Below are positions 61,401 through 64,000 of a DNA stretch of 64,000 nucleotides, one piece after another (positions within the stretch are counted from its first letter, which is position 1; each line of letters starts with the position of its first letter). This stretch comes from Mytilus californianus. Its lineage: Eukaryota. The notes beneath the pieces were generated by a model, which ran no database searches, was not told where the DNA came from, and saw only the letters and a program-made list of their open reading frames with translations. The translations under genes and the position numbers were made by a program. The stretch lies in assembly GCF_021869535.1 (NCBI RefSeq), contig NW_026262734.1:104284001-104348000 (forward strand). Reading direction: 5' to 3'.

Positions 61401-62334
61401 AGCCATATAACAACATTACATAATTGTTTCATTACAATCCATAATTTGTTTGACTTACAACAACTGCGTGGCAATCCAATTTCGCATTTTATTTCCGTGT
61501 AAAAAAAACAGCTATATGACTGCACTTGCTATCCGTGACAATGTTAAAATAACCGTTATTGAAAAACAAACGAAAAGCTTGATAAAACTCGTACTTTCAC
61601 GGTTGTAGCACGATTTTTTTTTTTAAATATAAGAATTGAATGCTGCTTTTATAATTTTAAATTTGTAGGAATATGAAAGCGTTGATTGTTCGCAAATTTT
61701 TAATATGAAGCGCTTTAGCGCTTCCAATTTAATGTGCTTCATGGAATGCTTTTACACCCCAATAAAATTATAAAAAGAAGCATTCAATTCTTAAATAACA
61801 TGTAGGGACTGTGCAAATTATTGATTCATACTACGGCCTATATTTTCTTACATATAGTTGTTTGGTTTTTTTTGGTCTCGGATGGAAAGTTGTCTCACTG
61901 GCATTTGTACCACCTCTCAACGGGTAGTTCACTATGTCTTTACCTTTGGGTACATACGGCCAATGCTAAACACAACAAAATTATATAAATATGCAAAGTT
62001 GTTTGCTGTCATAATGACGCATATCCCACATTTCTTTAAGTTGATATTTGAAAACAATATGTCCAATGATATTCTTAATTGTGGTGAAAAGGTTCTGGAA
62101 TATTTGAAGAGCTCATTAATGTGTACTTCACATACCTGTTGGGAGACCAAGATGATTATGTGCATGTACTGATGCAGTTGTTCTGTGTACAGTTGTACTT
62201 GATAGACTTGGAGTTGTTGACGGGACCTGTGTTGTTGATGGAATAAGAGTTGTCGGTGGAACATGATTCCCGTTGCAAAAATCGCTATCGCAGCACACTC
62301 CATCTAATTTCATTGCTAGTAAATTCCTGCAATT
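52190..62334 (-). CDS. Gene A (5' part lies beyond the window): paralogous LU C-terminal half, S/T linker and C-type lectin. Exons 62334-62136, 61195-61092, 55397-55295, 52458-52190
   Basis: Same exon phases (0-1, 1-0, 0-1, 1-stop) and clear protein homology to gene B; canonical splice sites; no stops. Confidence 0.88.
53987..54649. mobile_element. piggyBac-like MITE
   Basis: TTAA|CCCTCTTGCTGC ... GCAGCAATAGGG(T)|TTAA. Confidence 0.7.
55295..55397 (-). CDS. Gene A exon: CTL part 2 (KECLGLCSRLAIISSQNENLMITQLLNQHQQPHT)
   Basis: tttgtacag acceptor, gtaata donor, 103 nt. Confidence 0.88.
56155..58375. repeat. 18-bp two-variant minisatellite (~2.2 kb) with a higher-order 503-bp duplication
   Basis: Units tctgctcagtcaatgtta and tctgctcattcaagctta; identical ORF starts at 56522 and 57025. 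Confidence 0.95.
58540..58930. mobile_element. Kolobok-like MITE (391 bp)
   Basis: TTAA TSD on both sides; TIR GGATGTTCGCT / AGCGAACATCC; GG termini. Confidence 0.8.
59490..59885 (-). mobile_element. tRNA-derived SINE
   Basis: B box GGGTTCGACTC; tRNA-like head ACCGCCTCCATTGTTTAGATGG. Confidence 0.65.
61092..61195 (-). CDS. Gene A exon: CTL part 1 (CTPNLEYTCPYQFTRIGESCYYFGRHGRTMEDAS)
   Basis: ttttttag acceptor, gtatgt donor, 104 nt. Confidence 0.9.
62136..62334 (-). CDS. Gene A exon: LU part c plus S/T linker (NCRNLLAMKLDGVCCDSDFCNGNHVPPTTL...)
   Basis: atgcag acceptor, gtatgt donor, 199 nt. Confidence 0.88.
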
Positions 62335-62615
62335 CTGCATTAATAAAATGTGAAATATACTAAAGTTGAAATATTTAATAACAAGTGTTCTCTTTTTACT
62401 ACCATTCATATATACATTTATAGTAAATAAATTCCTGATTTAGTTCTAAGTTGTTCCTCTACGTATATCGCAACCACACCTGATTCTTTACTATCATGAT
62501 ACCCATCAATTGTTCTGACTGCTTGCTATATATATTTTCATCAATACTGTTTCCAGAACAACTTTTAAATCTCATAACGAATATCAAGTATATAATGTAT
62601 TACGCCAGAAGCGCT

Positions 62616-63606
62616 TTTTGTCGAGCCTTCGACTTTAGTCGAAAAAGCTAGACATAGCGATCCTACATTCCGTCGGCGTCCACAAATATTCACTCTGTGG
62701 TTAAAGTTTTTGAAATTTTAATAACTTTCTTAAACTATCCTGGATTTCTACCAAACTTGGACAGAAGCTTGATCATAAGATAGTATCCAGAAGTAAATTT
62801 TGTAAAAATAAAATTCAATTTTTTTCGTATTTTACTTATAAATGGACTTAGTTTTTCTGCCGGGAAATATTACATTCACTCTGTGCTTAAAGTTTTTAAA
62901 ATTTTAATAACTTTCTTAAACTATCCTGGGTTTCTACCGAACTTGGATAGAAGCTTGTTTATGATCATAAGATAGTATCCAGAAGTAGATTTTGTTAAAA
63001 AAAAATCCGTTTTTTCCTTATTTTACTTTTAAATTGACTTAGATTTTCTGCCAGGAAACAACACATTCACTCTGTGGTTAAAGTTTTTAAAATTTTAATA
63101 ACTTTCTTATACTATTTTAGATTTGTACCAAACTTGGACAGAAGCTTGTTTATGATCAAAAGCTAGTATCTAGAAGGAAATTTTGTAAAAAAATAAATCC
63201 ATTTTTTCCTTATTTTACTTTTAAATGGACTTAGATTTTCTGCCAGGAAACAACACATTCACTCTGTGGTTAAAGTTTTTAAAATTTTAATAATTTTCTT
63301 ATACTATTTTGGATTTGTACCAAACTTTAACAGAAGCTTGTTTATGATCAGATGCTAGTATCTAGAAGGAAATTTTGTTTTCTTCCAGTTAACATTACAT
63401 TCAGTCTGCAGTTAAAGTTTTTAAACATTTATTAGATTCATAAACTATCCTGGATTTTTACCAAACTTGGACAGAAGCTTCTTACAATCAAAAGATAGTA
63501 TCAAGAGGAATATTTTTATTGATTTACTTCCTCATTTTTGTTGAGTCTGCGATTAACAGAAAAAGTAGGCGAGACACTGGGTTCCGCGGAACCCTTACGA
63601 ATTTTT
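62616..63606. mobile_element. Helentron-associated-like element with ~190-bp tandem repeats
   Basis: 4-5 copies of a cattcactctgtggttaaagtttt unit; terminal palindromes gtcgagccttcgac and gggttccgcggaaccc. Confidence 0.7.
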
Positions 63607-64000
63607 ATTATTTACTATTCATCAACGGCGCTCGAAACAAAACTTTCCAAAAACAAAACCAGTTAAGAGGTTAAAAAGCATTTGAAACATAATTTCTAGA
63701 CGCAGTTTATCATATATTGTGCTGTTACTCCACTGAACTAGGTTCAGGGAAGGATTGAGTGTTCAAGAAATGGTTCTCTCTTCCTTTTCCTGTTAGTGTC
63801 TTCCCCATATCACGAACCTGTAATTCATAGGTTGTAGGTGTGTGCTGTCTGCCATATTATTCGTTTTTCGTTTTGTTTAGCATATTAAATCAAGCATTTG
63901 TTTTTCTCTATGAATTGTTTCTTATTTTGTCGGGTCTTTGGTAAAGTATAACTTACTTTACGGTATGGGTTTTGCTCATTGTTGAAGGCCAGACGGTGAT

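Overview
Eukaryotic, AT-rich, repeat-dense genomic DNA. The repeat content and gene families suggest a bivalve, probably Mytilus-like (inference). Most entries in the ORF track are spurious repeat or intron ORFs. The real genes are spliced and lie on the minus strand. (1) Gene B, 24117->6668, has 11 exons rebuilt by hand (~448 aa, no internal stops, all splice phases compatible). It encodes an unusual mosaic: ShKT-like, LU/three-finger (Ly6/uPAR), ShKT-like, LU, Ser/Thr linker, C-type lectin. Its 5' end is unresolved. (2) Paralog gene A enters from the right edge (62334->52190): LU C-terminal half, longer S/T linker, CTL. (3) Between them lie two RING-less B-box/coiled-coil/beta-propeller TRIM-like genes with single-exon CDSs, both disrupted. 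They were co-duplicated with the CTL terminal intron/exon, of which two complementary pseudo-exon halves remain. Introns and spacers contain a 5'-inverted (twin-primed) L1/Tx1-type insertion with a perfect 15-bp TSD, Penelope-like (Naiad-type) RT remnants, degenerate hammerhead-ribozyme repeats, hAT/piggyBac/Kolobok-like MITEs, Helentron-associated-like elements, tRNA-SINEs and several minisatellites.
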